A DNA stretch of 64,000 nt, taken from positions 10,180 to 74,179 of IMG/VR virus record IMGVR_UViG_3300017964_000010. The stretch is one strand, 5' to 3'. Source of the DNA: a virus. Both the position numbers and the translations under genes were made by a program. The notes beneath the pieces were generated by a model. The model saw only the letters and a program-made list of their open reading frames with translations, made no database searches and had not been told where the DNA came from. Position 1 is the first letter of the stretch. Each line of letters opens with the position of its first letter. Shown here one piece after another: positions 21,901-31,824 of the stretch.

Positions 21901-24547
21901 ATTGATTTTCAAAATTATCTGCCATAAGCCCAGATTTAGTTCTGTTTCTATTATCAGAATCTAAAACATCAATATTAGCAGTATCCATTTCTAATAAAGT
22001 GAGAGATGTTACCTCGGTAAGATCATCAATCTTTTTTTCAATCTTTGCTATATCTCTCATAGTATAACGTTTATTGTCAAGCATAGTGAATTGCAAATCT
22101 TTAGGACCGAAAGTTCCTGGATTCATTCTAACTCTATAAAGTTCCATAGCATCTGGAGGAGTAGGCGGGAATTTAGGTGTTAAACTAGGTCTACCTTGAA
22201 TATATTTAAATTCACCTTCTTGTGTTAATAATACTTTATCATATCTTGCTTCATATAAATTTACGTCTGCTATAATAGTAGAACCATTTCTTGGTAAAAT
22301 AAAAACTTCAGCATCTGATGTTGAAAATGTTCCGCTACTACCTTTTGATGATCTAAAATCCAAATAATTTTTAAGATCAATATATTGACCATTTGCTAAT
22401 TTATAATTTGGTATATCTTGATAATTTATACTAGAATATGAACTTGGTCCAAAAAAGTCTCCAGAACCATGTTCAAAATAAGTAAACTCTACATATAATG
22501 TTATACTTGTGTTATTAAAATTACCTGTTATTGTTCTACCAGATTTTATTCTAATAGAACCTTTAGCATATAAATTATCTCTTTGTCCACCATCAACAAT
22601 AAATTTATCAGTAACAAGATTACCGTTTTTTGATTGAACTCTAATTTCTTCTACACTAATAACATCAGTAAAAGGTAAAGAAGCTGTGCCTACACTAGGA
22701 TTAAATGTTACTAAAGCTGATGTAGAAATCTTTGTTTTAGATGCAACCGTTGCTTGTTGTTTAAATGTATATGCATATACTTCATAGGTATCGCCAGCAA
22801 CAACACCATTATCTACAAGAGGATCTCCTGTTGAACCCTTTAAACCAGAAATAGTTATACTTGAAAATCCTACTGAACCATAGCTAGGAGTTTGACCAAG
22901 CGTTACTCCGCCAGCATCTGCAATAACCCATCCATTAGTATCAGTAAAAATTTCACCTGCTGGAGCATTTATAGTGATAGTTCCTGCACCATTTGCAATA
23001 GATGCTGTAGCTGTATATCTTCTTGCAAGAGTCATGGAAACATCTGAAACTGAACTTGGTCTCTCGCCTGGTATCTTAAAGAATAGCTCATTTGCTTCTG
23101 ATTCAAAAATAGACACTTTATTATTATTTCTAACAAGAATCATTTCTTGTCTATCACAATTACATAAAGAAACTTCAACACCAATTGATTTTGCATCTCT
23201 ATTAAACTGTTTACCTGGATTCATATTAATGTCAAATATATATACTTTATATGTACCCGAACCAGGTTCACCACGATCTATACCCCTTACTCTTAAAGTT
23301 CCTATAGTATCGGGTGCTGTGCTACTAAAAGTAGGAGATACATCAGTATCACTAATTGTAAGTAATTCAAATACGTTTACGTTTGGTATACCATAAAAAC
23401 CTTCTTTTACAAGAATATAGTTTCCATAGTTACCAGAAATACCTTGATTTTCTTGAGTTACCGTAGTAGTTGATCTAGGTACACTTAACGAACTTGCAGA
23501 AGATTTATTTATTCTGTAACCATTTACATAAGCCGTACCACTACTTACAGATAAATTAAGTTTAGAATTATCAGTACTATGATCTTCCCAAGAAATTCTA
23601 AAAGGTTTTACTGTATAATTACCAGACTCTTCCCTGGTACGTACAGCCATAATATCATTTATTTTATTATATTGTTCATATCCAGTAACCGCTTCTGATA
23701 ATACACCATGTTCAATTTTAGCATAATAAATAAATGTTTCACCGGGCTGAATGGTATTTTTATTTACAAGTTCAAGTTTAATTGTATATCTGTCGGCACC
23801 AGGAGCAGTATAATTAGGCAATTCCCCCTGATTATCATATAAAGTATCATCATCATCGGCTGTAGTTATCACTTGGGTAAGTTTAAAACCAATGGTAGCA
23901 GTTGGGTTTGAAAAATACTTTGCTACAATTAAATCTTGCCTAGGAACATAAACAAAATGACCTTCTGCAAAAAATGTTGCTGGTCCAGCAGAAACTCTAA
24001 ATCCATAACCAGTTGCCGGATCTGCTGTAGTATTTGTAGTTTGAGCAACTAATACCAAAGACCCATCTTTTTCAAGTAATTCTTCTCCAGGTCTTATTGA
24101 AGCCGGAGTTGTTCCGGATGTGCCATTTAATGTATCAAGATATTGTACATATATTGTAGCCGGATCATTTACGGTAGCTTCAATGATTTCAATTATTTTT
24201 ACTGAAATGCCAGATAGCTGCCCAACAAAAACTTTATCTTTAAAATTAGATATATTAGCAGGAAGAGCAACACCAGGAGTTACTACATCTGTAGGATCAG
24301 TATTTAGTTTAACATATCTATAACGAGTATTGGCAGTAACTGAAGCTGCTTCAAGTGAAGCCCCCTCTTTAAAAAGATTTGTACCAAGCCTTTTTATTTC
24401 TTCTTGAATAATCGATTGAAGCTGATTTAATTCTCTGCTCTGAAGGGCTTTACCACTTTTAAATAATACTTTATGATATCCCTTATCAGGATCAAAGTCA
24501 TCTCTATAAATCTGATTTTCTAAATTTTTAGTGTAATTAATAGACAT
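18989..24547 (-). CDS. DUF4815/VrlC-like large virion structural protein
   Basis: Y.DDFD..K.YHKVLFK.G.ALQ.RELNQLQSI, RT.EESGNY, DPIAQSF and terminal IRDLRVIAL motifs. Start taken as the ATG overlapping the gp8 stop. Confidence 0.85.
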   Translation of the reverse strand: MSINYTKNLENQIYRDDFDPDKGYHKVLFKSGKALQSRELNQLQSIIQEEIKRLGTNLFKEGASLEAASVTANTRYRYVKLNTDPTDVVTPGVALPANISNFKDKVFVGQLSGISVKIIEIIEATVNDPATIYVQYLDTLNGTSGTTPASIRPGEELLEKDGSLVLVAQTTNTTADPATGYGFRVSAGPATFFAEGHFVYVPRQDLIVAKYFSNPTATIGFKLTQVITTADDDDTLYDNQGELPNYTAPGADRYTIKLELVNKNTIQPGETFIYYAKIEHGVLSEAVTGYEQYNKINDIMAVRTREESGNYTVKPFRISWEDHSTDNSKLNLSVSSGTAYVNGYRINKSSASSLSVPRSTTTVTQENQGISGNYGNYILVKEGFYGIPNVNVFELLTISDTDVSPTFSSTAPDTIGTLRVRGIDRGEPGSGTYKVYIFDINMNPGKQFNRDAKSIGVEVSLCNCDRQEMILVRNNNKVSIFESEANELFFKIPGERPSSVSDVSMTLARRYTATASIANGAGTITINAPAGEIFTDTNGWVIADAGGVTLGQTPSYGSVGFSSITISGLKGSTGDPLVDNGVVAGDTYEVYAYTFKQQATVASKTKISTSALVTFNPSVGTASLPFTDVISVEEIRVQSKNGNLVTDKFIVDGGQRDNLYAKGSIRIKSGRTITGNFNNTSITLYVEFTYFEHGSGDFFGPSSYSSINYQDIPNYKLANGQYIDLKNYLDFRSSKGSSGTFSTSDAEVFILPRNGSTIIADVNLYEARYDKVLLTQEGEFKYIQGRPSLTPKFPPTPPDAMELYRVRMNPGTFGPKDLQFTMLDNKRYTMRDIAKIEKKIDDLTEVTSLTLLEMDTANIDVLDSDNRNRTKSGLMADNFENQYYSDITHPDYSAAIDPRNKALRPRAITNNIGFYYDSNASTNTIMKGDNVYTTYTTTPYIVQDVASSTINVNPYLNLFYNGSLTLSPASDDWYETDYLPEKIIPGGTLLNTDLALQWGAHEWNWGGTDIDGLDVGAEASVTNEISRRDWKETKGWFWNKKTTRGTDVTTETVVNRVVASETIREIIDDRVVDVAFLPFMRSKIVSFQAEGLAPNTQVFAYFDGRSIADWVRQDQFTGVNTTKQTEVSNLYKSATEYPSNLGGKTKLYTDGSGKIQGSFFIPSSSTRANGNFRTGDLEFTLLDITEFKKQNASCAAQAIFSSTGTLTTRQEDVLSTRMLHIVGESTTKTETINVRSKGGGIDFLGALQTVAGGIADGIGEVFQGDLIGGITSAMGGVATATGDLIDDTIETATGIVQDTAGVIKCVLGYQDPIAQSFLVTEGTGVFLTEVGLFFSKKDTSDQAFPVSIQIRPTVNGVPSSDVALPGSIVTIPASDVVVSSDASAETKAVFREPVYLKPATEYAIVVISNSDAYETYISTMGEFKLGSTTEKINTQPYLGSFFKSQNSRTWEPDFKTDLKFTLYKAEFHVDKTTKAVFKNVPVPKRILASDPIEFFFRDSSNYSDVYVRSPLHGLYVGDTINLSGITGTPIDSDLNNTPFTLTEVDPTGFVFSAPSSLTKPNLYFRSITGGNNVSVEQAYNYNIIWPAVQAIEPPKTRIDYQVKMSTGKSYADNTPNILGSVDILDTVSTLVSPNQDNIMRTMHRVSPPSKLATSLVLEAEIRSSNVYVSPVIDLQRNSATLTTNLIDNPSNTQSTTQNKPIEWSHSLDSDTVNAIMGTSNRTAYYDPLFGETREDGPSIAKHITKPVRLTASSVGLKILMGANRPSDTFIDMYYRVTSEASIEGIPFIKVEPEKAIGSDDDPLIFREYRYLVGKSDGSSEEFTQFQLKIVMRSGNQTKVPVIRDLRVIALGD

Positions 24548-25911
24548 TAGCACTCATCCAATTGAATAACTATTTTAATATCTTCTGTTTGATTTGCAAC
24601 TCTAGTAACTGCAGACCTATTATCTATATACAATACTTCACCTGTAAATGGATCAACTTCTGATCTTATTAACGGATTACCTATGGTTCCTTGACCTGGA
24701 CCGGTTAATTCTGTTATAGTTTCACTTGCAATAAAAGGTGCATAACCAGTAGAATCATTTTGATGATATAACAATATGTTTTGGTTCGTTTGATCAACAT
24801 AAGCTCTAGCACCACTTGTAGCACCAATAATAATTTCATCTGTTGAAAATGCAATAGGATTTGTTGAAAGAGTCATCGATTGTAATGCATTACCAGTAAG
24901 ACTTGTCCATTGGGAACCTTGTGCAGAATCTTTAATTCCTCTAATAATACCAATCTGTCTATAATCTTGATTTATAAGCCAATCTGATGTATTTCCGTCA
25001 ACTCTTACTCCAATCATCATAGAACCACATTTAAGATCAGAAGATGCATCTCCACCAATACCCAATCCGCTTGACATAATAGCTCTTACTTCACCGTTTG
25101 TCCCATCCTGATCTGTAAGTGTAATTTGAGCACCTCTTAATCCATGAACATAATTTAAAGTTGTTCCTGAAGAATCTGGATTATATTCTGCTTTAATAAT
25201 TGAACCCGTACCGGAATCTAAAGTAAAATTGACAAGTGATGGATAATTAACACCATTAATATTTACTGAAGGATTGCTGTAATTTGATCCGCCTGCTATT
25301 ACTTCAAAGGAAGTAATCATTCCTGGCTTTGCAGTTTGTTGTATTTCATATTGCTTAATTTCATTACCTGTAGAATTTGAATCTACAGATAAAATTCTAT
25401 TAATAGGCATATGATCATTAGTCATAAATAAAGTAGCATCTAGTGCACTAATAGTATAGAGAAATTTCCAAACATAACCATCTGAAGTTTCAAACGGGTC
25501 ATTATTAGCTCCTGTAGGTTCTACTATCGAAGGTACTGCAGAACCAATTGAATCTGTTCCTTGTCTTAAACAAATATAAACATCATTATTATTATTTGCA
25601 GTATAAAAATATTCTGAACTATAATCTGTTAAATCTTTTTTATCATCATATGCAACGTATGTAGATCCTGTTTTCCAGGATTTACGAGGAACAACTAAAG
25701 AAGCTGCCGCTACTCTATGAATAGATTGCAAACCATTCCTAAAATCATTTTGGATTCTAATATTGTCTTTTGCAACAGGAGCAGAATCTAAAGCATTCCA
25801 TGGATTGGATCGAGACACACCAATATAATAGTTTTCTGTAGTATTATTAATACTACGAATAGTCCCAATCATGAGTTCTTTTTTAAAGTTTTGTGTTACA
25901 ACTGTTGACAT
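24547..25911 (-). CDS. gp8: Baseplate wedge protein gp8-like
   Basis: VYICL, DGYVWKFLYTI, DYRQIGII and GEVLYIDNR..V.R...Q.EDIKIVI motifs. Confidence 0.85.
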   Translation of the reverse strand: MSTVVTQNFKKELMIGTIRSINNTTENYYIGVSRSNPWNALDSAPVAKDNIRIQNDFRNGLQSIHRVAAASLVVPRKSWKTGSTYVAYDDKKDLTDYSSEYFYTANNNNDVYICLRQGTDSIGSAVPSIVEPTGANNDPFETSDGYVWKFLYTISALDATLFMTNDHMPINRILSVDSNSTGNEIKQYEIQQTAKPGMITSFEVIAGGSNYSNPSVNINGVNYPSLVNFTLDSGTGSIIKAEYNPDSSGTTLNYVHGLRGAQITLTDQDGTNGEVRAIMSSGLGIGGDASSDLKCGSMMIGVRVDGNTSDWLINQDYRQIGIIRGIKDSAQGSQWTSLTGNALQSMTLSTNPIAFSTDEIIIGATSGARAYVDQTNQNILLYHQNDSTGYAPFIASETITELTGPGQGTIGNPLIRSEVDPFTGEVLYIDNRSAVTRVANQTEDIKIVIQLDEC

Positions 25912-25921
25912 ACTCTACCTA

Positions 25922-27469
25922 TTAAATTATTGCGTCCTTTAAATATAACAGATTCTTGTTTCTTAATTCTTGAATAGTTACATTTTTCATATTCTGGTTA
26001 TCACCATAATTAAAACTATTTATATTGAAAACAGCATTAGAATCGTACTTAATCCACTCATATATACTATTAAATTTATGTGAAAGATTAAATTTAACAG
26101 TAATATTTCCTGGACCATCCTTTTTAAGATTTATATCTAATATTCCATTAGAATCAAGTATATTATCAATCCTTAATACTGGTGCTGTAGTAGATACAAA
26201 TGATGTTGCATGATTAGCAGCATCTAAACTATCTCCTATACAAAAATAATCACCACCAAAAGAATCACCAAGACCAGGTAATGCAATTTCAAGATTTGTG
26301 GAAGAATAATCACCTTGCAAATACATTCTTGAAATATATGTCTTACTATCGCCTCTTGTAATTTGAGCAAGAGTTTTATTTAATTCTTGTGGCACATTAA
26401 TTTGTATTAAAGATGAAGTTAATGTTGGAGTTTCTGTTCCTAGAGTTTTTATTGTTGCTGGAGATGCTTCAAATATACTATAGCGTTCACCATCGACTTC
26501 TGTAAGACCAGGTTGATAATTACTATCTTCAGTTCTAAGTGTTGGAGATAAATTTATGGCTGCAAGATTTATTTCTTTATTACTATAAATTCCACCATTG
26601 GCGGAACTTTGAATAGAAAACCCAGGACCTTCAAGTGCTCTTCCATAACTGTCTTCAATAAACCATCCTTCACTATCAGTATAATCTAATACATTTCGGT
26701 ATCCAAATCTTCTTGTATTTAATCCGCAAGTGTATTCTTTAAATCCATCCATCACAAGAATATCAATATTACCCATATCGACTTTACTGATAACACGAGT
26801 TTCTACCGACATTCTTGGAATTGAGCTGTCTGTTTCAATTCTTAAATTTAAAGGTGTTGCATCAGAAAGAACACCAACGGGTTTATATTTTGGATTTGTA
26901 TATAACTGTGCATCCGCATGTAAATAAAAACCTGCAGGGTGCACAAACTTTTTATATAATTGTTCCCATTGCTTTAAAGGTACCGAAGTTTTTACTAAAT
27001 GTGATAATACTTGATGTAATCTACCGTCTTGAATTTTCTTTGGCGAATTAGGTCCAAGTATTGATAAAGGATCGTCTAATAAAAATATTTTTTCTTTTGG
27101 GTATTCTATCTCTACATACGTATCGAAAAAGCCACGGAAAAACCCTTCTGCAGAATAAAGAGAACCTTTTACTCTGAAAAACTTTGCAAGATTTTTTAAT
27201 ATTTCACGAGGATTAGAAATAAATTGAGAAGATAAACTAAGACCAATTTCTGCAAAAAGAGAATCAAGATATTTTAAATCCGTTTTTCCAATATCTCTTA
27301 TTTCATATAAATCTTTTATTGTATTTCCAAAATTTCCATCAGAATCTAAAGCGTCATAATATGATTCCAAAAATTCTACAAGATTTGGATAATCAGTAAC
27401 AAAATATTCCGGGAGAACATCCCTTACATAATCTGCTCTAAGTGATATATTATTTCTATCTTCAGACAT
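25922..27469 (-). CDS. Baseplate wedge protein (gp7-like N-terminus)
   Basis: LPEYF..DYP.LV.FL..YY, F.VKGS..S...FF and HPAG motifs. Lies between gp6 and gp8. Confidence 0.7.
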   Translation of the reverse strand: MSEDRNNISLRADYVRDVLPEYFVTDYPNLVEFLESYYDALDSDGNFGNTIKDLYEIRDIGKTDLKYLDSLFAEIGLSLSSQFISNPREILKNLAKFFRVKGSLYSAEGFFRGFFDTYVEIEYPKEKIFLLDDPLSILGPNSPKKIQDGRLHQVLSHLVKTSVPLKQWEQLYKKFVHPAGFYLHADAQLYTNPKYKPVGVLSDATPLNLRIETDSSIPRMSVETRVISKVDMGNIDILVMDGFKEYTCGLNTRRFGYRNVLDYTDSEGWFIEDSYGRALEGPGFSIQSSANGGIYSNKEINLAAINLSPTLRTEDSNYQPGLTEVDGERYSIFEASPATIKTLGTETPTLTSSLIQINVPQELNKTLAQITRGDSKTYISRMYLQGDYSSTNLEIALPGLGDSFGGDYFCIGDSLDAANHATSFVSTTAPVLRIDNILDSNGILDINLKKDGPGNITVKFNLSHKFNSIYEWIKYDSNAVFNINSFNYGDNQNMKNVTIQELRNKNLLYLKDAII

Positions 27470-27473
27470 TATA

Positions 27474-29315
27474 TTACAGTGCTACCTTGGTATCTTGTTC
27501 ATTTTTTATTGGTTGCATTACTAGTTTTGAAGTGTCTAATCTTAATACATAATTTCTAAGAGGTTTGATCATGCTTTGATCAATAGGTGTTGAAGTGAAA
27601 GATATATACGATTTACCACTTAAATTAGAAACCGGATTAAAACCATAAAGAGTTACACTACCCTTTTCATAATCATAATTACCTATATCTTCTTCAATAA
27701 TAGTTCCGTTACTTGAAATAACTTGTAATATATTAGAGTTTAATTTATTTTTAACTCTACAACTAATAGCATCATCACCATATGTAAATAAAGATGATTC
27801 TATACTATAATCCTCTGCTTCAGCAGGAATTAACATCACTGGAAAATATATATTGTAATTGTTGGCAGATCCTAAAGTCACATTAACTCTCTGTTGAATT
27901 TTAATATCCATTTTAGCAGAAAGTATGGCTCTGTTTATATCACTTACTTCTGTCAGAATTTCTGATCTACTAAATGATTTATTAAATGCATTTAAATTTG
28001 TTGAAAAATAATCCTTTAAAAAATTATAAATTGCAGTTTGAATTCCAGATCCCGTAACGTTTGTTAAACTTGGATCAAAATTAAAATTTCCAGTTATTTC
28101 TAAATAAGTTTCTTCTGGGTTAATAAATTTATTAGAAATTGACATAACAGAAAGCTGATCGGTAAAATTATTTTTTATACTATCTTCAGTTGATGTTTTT
28201 ACCGTATCTGATGTACCGTCTTGATACTGAAGACTAATATACACTTTACCGTAATCAATAGGTATATTATCTTCACCTCCCCATACCACTACATCTTTTA
28301 TAACAGGAAAATTTGAAAGAATCATTGCTCTATAATCAGCTGCTGTTACTAGTCTTTTTTGAGTAGCAAATTGTAGAGGTGCTAACTTACGAATTGATTC
28401 TATACTTTCTTTTTCATAGCCCTCTGTTGAAGGAATTTGAGATTGAACTTGAACGGAATAATTAATTCCATCATAAGTAAAAAAATCTTTACTTTTAAAT
28501 CCGCTACAGCCGTTTGCAGAAGTACCGCTGGAAGAAAAATATCTTACAACAACTTTACTTCCTATTGCCGGAGATTTACCAAAACTTTTTCCATCACCAA
28601 AATTAATTTCATAATATCCATTTGGTGCTTCTTTTATATCAAAGAAAGTAGTAGTTGAATCAACCTTAAGTGCGGTATCTAAGAAATAATAAGAAGTATA
28701 TTTTGTAGATGTAGGTGAATCATAAACATCAACTGTTATTTTTCCCGTGTCAAGAGTTTCATCTGGAATTACATATATCTGATTTTCTGGTGTATCATCA
28801 ACAATAAATGTTTTTGTTTTATATTTTCCTTGAAAAATCTTTATCTGATTATTGTTATCATCGTCAACAAACTCATATAATCCTGAACCATTATCTGTTG
28901 CGGTATAATTTTTATCTGTTATAAATGTAAAAGTATCATTTTCATTTTCAGCAGTAAAATTCCAACCCGAAGTTAGCGTTATACTTGTAGGTCTATTAAC
29001 CACACCCGATAAATTTACATATACACTTATAGCAGAAGAGGATGGTGTTCTTGATCTTGGTCTATAACCTAGAAGTTCTGCATGAGACACTACAGAAGAA
29101 CGTAATTGTGCTGTATTTAAAAATGCTTCGTTAGTAGCAAAATTTGCAGTTAAACCATTAAAGTGTGTATTATATGCTAAAACATCTAATATATTTGAAA
29201 GACCTGAAGCTTCAAAATCATAATCAGAAAATTCTGGTTGTTGAGCAAAATAAGTTTTTAAACTATTTCTTATATTGCCAAAATCTAAAGCCGTTGATGT
29301 AATATTTGTTGCCAT
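27474..29315 (-). CDS. gp6: Baseplate wedge protein gp6
   Basis: LDF..I...LK, DYDFEASGLS.ILDVLAYNTH, FGDG..GK and Q.RLVTAADY motifs. Confidence 0.92.
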   Translation of the reverse strand: MATNITSTALDFGNIRNSLKTYFAQQPEFSDYDFEASGLSNILDVLAYNTHFNGLTANFATNEAFLNTAQLRSSVVSHAELLGYRPRSRTPSSSAISVYVNLSGVVNRPTSITLTSGWNFTAENENDTFTFITDKNYTATDNGSGLYEFVDDDNNNQIKIFQGKYKTKTFIVDDTPENQIYVIPDETLDTGKITVDVYDSPTSTKYTSYYFLDTALKVDSTTTFFDIKEAPNGYYEINFGDGKSFGKSPAIGSKVVVRYFSSSGTSANGCSGFKSKDFFTYDGINYSVQVQSQIPSTEGYEKESIESIRKLAPLQFATQKRLVTAADYRAMILSNFPVIKDVVVWGGEDNIPIDYGKVYISLQYQDGTSDTVKTSTEDSIKNNFTDQLSVMSISNKFINPEETYLEITGNFNFDPSLTNVTGSGIQTAIYNFLKDYFSTNLNAFNKSFSRSEILTEVSDINRAILSAKMDIKIQQRVNVTLGSANNYNIYFPVMLIPAEAEDYSIESSLFTYGDDAISCRVKNKLNSNILQVISSNGTIIEEDIGNYDYEKGSVTLYGFNPVSNLSGKSYISFTSTPIDQSMIKPLRNYVLRLDTSKLVMQPIKNEQDTKVAL

Positions 29316-29761
29316 TATCTCAACCTCGAAATTTCTGTTTCTAAAGTAATTATTTCATTTGTATTTAATATACGAAAAGTAATTGATATATCAAGAGAAT
29401 TTGCATAGTCAACAAGCGAACATGATATATCGATTACTTCAGCTCTTGGTTCATAATTTTCAATAGCAAGTTTTATTCTTTGTTTTGTTTCAAATTCTGT
29501 AAATGGGTCTCCAAGTTCAAAAAGCATATCTCTAATATTAGCACCAAAAAAAGGAATAAAAGGTTTTTCATAGTGATTAGTAAGAATTAAATTCTTTACT
29601 GCCTGTTTTACCGCATTTGCGTCCGTTTTTTTAAATATATCACCATTTCTTCTTTTTTTAAATGATAAGTCAATATCAGAATAGTTACCCTTTCCAAGAG
29701 CCGTTATTTGTACTCCTGTATCTAGTTTTCTATCTTCAATTGATAATGATCTTGTTGGCAT
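29315..29761 (-). CDS. gp25: Baseplate wedge protein gp25
   Basis: YSDIDLSF, AVKQAVKNLILTN.YEKPF.P.FG, I.NYEPRA. Confidence 0.92.
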   Translation of the reverse strand: MPTRSLSIEDRKLDTGVQITALGKGNYSDIDLSFKKRRNGDIFKKTDANAVKQAVKNLILTNHYEKPFIPFFGANIRDMLFELGDPFTEFETKQRIKLAIENYEPRAEVIDISCSLVDYANSLDISITFRILNTNEIITLETEISRLR

Positions 29762-29784
29762 GTTTTTCTCTTATTTTATTGTAT

Positions 29785-29792
29785 TATTTATA
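29785..29792 (-). promoter_or_regulatory. T4-type late promoter TATAAATA
   Basis: Exact match upstream of gp25. Confidence 0.8.
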
Positions 29793-29798
29793 ATGGTT

Positions 29799-31814
29799 TT
29801 ACGTGCTTAATATTTCAACCAAATCTGTTGCTGTTTGAACGGTCCCATTATAAACAGTTTCAACACTTCTATTAAAGTACGCTGTATAATTTTCTGGCAT
29901 TGATGGCATATTTACCACCATTTGAGAATTTAAAGAGCCGTTAGGGTTGTAATTATCATAATATAAACTTATTTTTTCATAATCACTATTATCTTTTAGA
30001 TATACTGCAAAGTCAAATATTTTATCATTTGCTATATTACCTGTAGTAGAATCATAGATTTCATAAGCTACAGATCTTCCGTTTTCGGCTAATTTTTTAG
30101 GAGAACCGTCTGATAAAGTTTCTTTAGGTCCTTTCTTATAAAGACCCTCTGCAACTACTAAATCATATCCTTCAAATTTTTTCAATTGATTAAAGGTATT
30201 AATTATATTTGCTTGTGGGTATAAATTTCTTGCTATAATTTTTCTTTCTTCTGAACTTTTTGTATGATCAAAATTTACTGGATCTTTATCTGATGCCACA
30301 AATTTAGAAATAGGAACACCTTTTGCAAGATGTGTTTGCATTGTAATATCTCTTTGATTATTAGGGTCAAAGTTTTGATCAACAGCAATTGTTCTTTCTA
30401 CTCCACGTGAAGAAGATTCCCTTAAAGTAAACTTTTTAGTCGCTGCTTGTAATTGTCTATTTCCTATTTCTTCTACACCGGATCTTGCGGTCTGAGACAT
30501 ACTTTTTATACGTCCTGTACTTCCGGGTGCAAGTGATGCATAAGCCGGATTTAAAACACCATTTGCAATTTGACTTTCTACAAATTTTTCATTTTTAAGA
30601 TTATTTGGTTCTTTTAATTTTGATCTTATTTGTCCAGTATTCAATTTTTTATCTGTTATACCATCAGAGTTTTTGGTTTGATCAATACCGTCATTAATTG
30701 CAGAATCTCTATCAATTCTTACTTGTCTTATTCCTTGATCGCAGTCAGAACAATGGGAATCTAATATATCTTTTGTTGGTTTATATTTTTTCCCTTGTGC
30801 CACAGGATCTTCTATACTATGGGCTGTAGTATTTACACTTCCACCATGTGAAGCACCAAGTGCTGCGGTCCCAGCTTTTACTGCCCCTTTTGCTGTACCA
30901 TTTAAATCTCCATGAAATACTTTTGCTTTCATAGTTTTCTTTGCTTCTACTTCACTTGCATGTAGTGTTCTATCAACATAACTATTCTGAGCAAACATTG
31001 TTATATTATCACCACCAATAGTACCTTCATCTCCAAAGACTGATAGATTATTGGCTGCAACATTAACGTCAACAGATGTCATATTCATCTGAGTTTCAGA
31101 AGTTATAAATGTATCACCACTGTGGGCATATTCTGCAACACCGTCAACTTCATTAAAATATGTGCCTTTAGTATGAGAACTAAAACCATTTAAACAAACA
31201 TTGGAAACTTTTTGTAAAACAGTAGATGATCTTGTTTTTTGTATAACTTCGTTAAACGCTCCAACAATATGTTTACGATAATTTCTTACTACATTTAAGA
31301 TATGATTACCGCCAACTTTTACATTATAATCACCTTTTACATCTAAGTTATAATCACCATGAACTGTAAGATTTAAATTTCCATAATAAACAATTTCTCC
31401 GTTACCGCCAACTTTAAGAATCCTTTCTTGACGACAGAACTCTGCTTTCTTTCCTGTATTGCTTATAAAAATACTACCATCTGGAGAAATTTCAATTCCG
31501 TGACCATCTTTATGTTTTATAAGTATTCTTTCGCCGCCGGGAGTATCATTAACTTCAATTACATGACCAGAAGTAGATTCACTAACTTGATTTAATGGGT
31601 ATATTGCTTTAGGATGATTTCTAGGATTATCTTTTAGTTTAAAAACTTTTTTTCCTCTGGCTGCTTTATTTACTGATGGTTCTCCAGCATATTCTTTTTT
31701 AGGATACTTACCTTCAGGATCGGCAAATCCATCAGAGGGCACTCCTTCGTTTACAACCTGAGATTTCCCTTGATAAGCAATTCTATCTTGTACTGTATCA
31801 TTTTCTGTAGTCAT
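29799..31814 (-). CDS. gp5: gp5 C-terminal portion (spike beta-helix) with extra C-terminal domain
   Basis: DP.G.YP, YP.NQV.ES.SGHVIE.NDTPG.ERI...H and V.GDYNL.V.G repeats. No OB-fold or T4 lysozyme domain. Confidence 0.8.
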   Translation of the reverse strand: MTTENDTVQDRIAYQGKSQVVNEGVPSDGFADPEGKYPKKEYAGEPSVNKAARGKKVFKLKDNPRNHPKAIYPLNQVSESTSGHVIEVNDTPGGERILIKHKDGHGIEISPDGSIFISNTGKKAEFCRQERILKVGGNGEIVYYGNLNLTVHGDYNLDVKGDYNVKVGGNHILNVVRNYRKHIVGAFNEVIQKTRSSTVLQKVSNVCLNGFSSHTKGTYFNEVDGVAEYAHSGDTFITSETQMNMTSVDVNVAANNLSVFGDEGTIGGDNITMFAQNSYVDRTLHASEVEAKKTMKAKVFHGDLNGTAKGAVKAGTAALGASHGGSVNTTAHSIEDPVAQGKKYKPTKDILDSHCSDCDQGIRQVRIDRDSAINDGIDQTKNSDGITDKKLNTGQIRSKLKEPNNLKNEKFVESQIANGVLNPAYASLAPGSTGRIKSMSQTARSGVEEIGNRQLQAATKKFTLRESSSRGVERTIAVDQNFDPNNQRDITMQTHLAKGVPISKFVASDKDPVNFDHTKSSEERKIIARNLYPQANIINTFNQLKKFEGYDLVVAEGLYKKGPKETLSDGSPKKLAENGRSVAYEIYDSTTGNIANDKIFDFAVYLKDNSDYEKISLYYDNYNPNGSLNSQMVVNMPSMPENYTAYFNRSVETVYNGTVQTATDLVEILST

Positions 31815-31824
31815 GATTTATCCT

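Noticed and set aside
1-27469. GANTC (CcrM/HinfI) site enrichment as the cause of frequent gaatc
   Set aside because: Many DS motifs use GAT AGY or GAC AGY, which do not form GANTC, and the sites fall in frame, so the signal is better explained at protein level
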